Below are positions 63,415-64,000 of a stretch of 64,000 nt of DNA, piece after piece. The DNA lies in contig OZ024742.1 of assembly GCA_964016885.1 (NCBI GenBank), positions 244,900,001-244,964,000 on the forward strand. Reading direction: 5' to 3'. Source of the DNA: Eledone cirrhosa (lineage: Eukaryota). The stretch's first letter is position 1; every line of letters begins with the position of its first letter. The translations under genes and the position numbers were made by a program. Below the pieces are notes generated by a model. That model was not told where the DNA came from and did no database searches. It worked only from the letters and a program-made list of their open reading frames with translations.

Positions 63415-64000
63415 TAATGATCATGATTTAATGTCCTTTTTCTACGCTTGAATAGGTTGGACAGTTTTTCTCCATCACAACGTATTGTTGTCACTTGTTC
63501 CAGTCGTTTGTCACCTCATTCTTGTTGTCCAAGCCTCTAAGATTAGCCTCCCCCATATCTTTCTAGGTCTTCTCCTGCAGGTTCCTTCAACTTGGATTGC
63601 TTGGCACCTCTGTACCCAACTGTCATCATCTATCCACGCCAACAGAGTTTCCTATCTTGTACAATCTAGCCGATTCCTCTTATACCTAGTTTTTCTTTAA
63701 GTTAATTTTCACTCCATCGTTCTAATACTACTCTTCAGGCGCAACATGCTTGTCTCATTTCTTCCTAGCCATCACACACCCTCTGCATACAATACTCATA
63801 TTTCACTATCATGCAACATCGCACATTTCCTTATTCCTCCCCCACATGCAGGTCACCTAGTACTTCTGTAAACCTATGTCTGCCAGAGCGATAATTCAGT
63901 TTTCGCAACTTCCAAAGGAATTCTTGTGAAACTGATCAGTTTTGTTAAACAAGAAATCCTGGTATAATTGCTAAGATTTGTCTTTTGTTTAGCGCTAGGT
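63415..64000 (-). mobile_element. RTE LINE 3' portion running off the window
   Basis: Minus strand ..QVEGTCRRRPRKIWG and an RTE-type tail ctgtccaacctattcaagcgtagaaaaaggacattaaatcatgat. Confidence 0.7.

Overview
AT-rich eukaryotic (animal) genomic DNA. It is most likely cephalopod/Octopus-like, inferred from the SINE families, RTE LINEs and extreme microsatellite load; this is not a database result. I find no intact host protein-coding gene and no prokaryotic features. The window is a layered transposon graveyard: (1) several RTE-clade LINEs plus their short bipartite derivatives; (2) a decayed but structurally complete CsRn1-type Gypsy LTR retrotransposon (LTRs, tRNA-Trp PBS, 4-bp TSD) with nested insertions; (3) an internally deleted L1/Tx1-type LINE and CRE-type LINE tails; (4) piggyBac-, Tigger/Tc1- and hAT-type MITEs and a Helitron end; (5) more than 25 tRNA-derived SINE copies; (6) at least three Penelope-like element (PLE) families. 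The most notable signal is RNA-level: five hammerhead-ribozyme motifs. Two belong to a Penelope-like RT+GIY-YIG element flanked by long inverted pseudo-LTRs, one ribozyme on each strand. Others sit in GIY-YIG remnants or a foldback palindrome. Most ORFs in the supplied track are microsatellite artefacts or TE fragments. Coordinates were read by eye and element boundaries are approximate unless a TSD/TIR is given.
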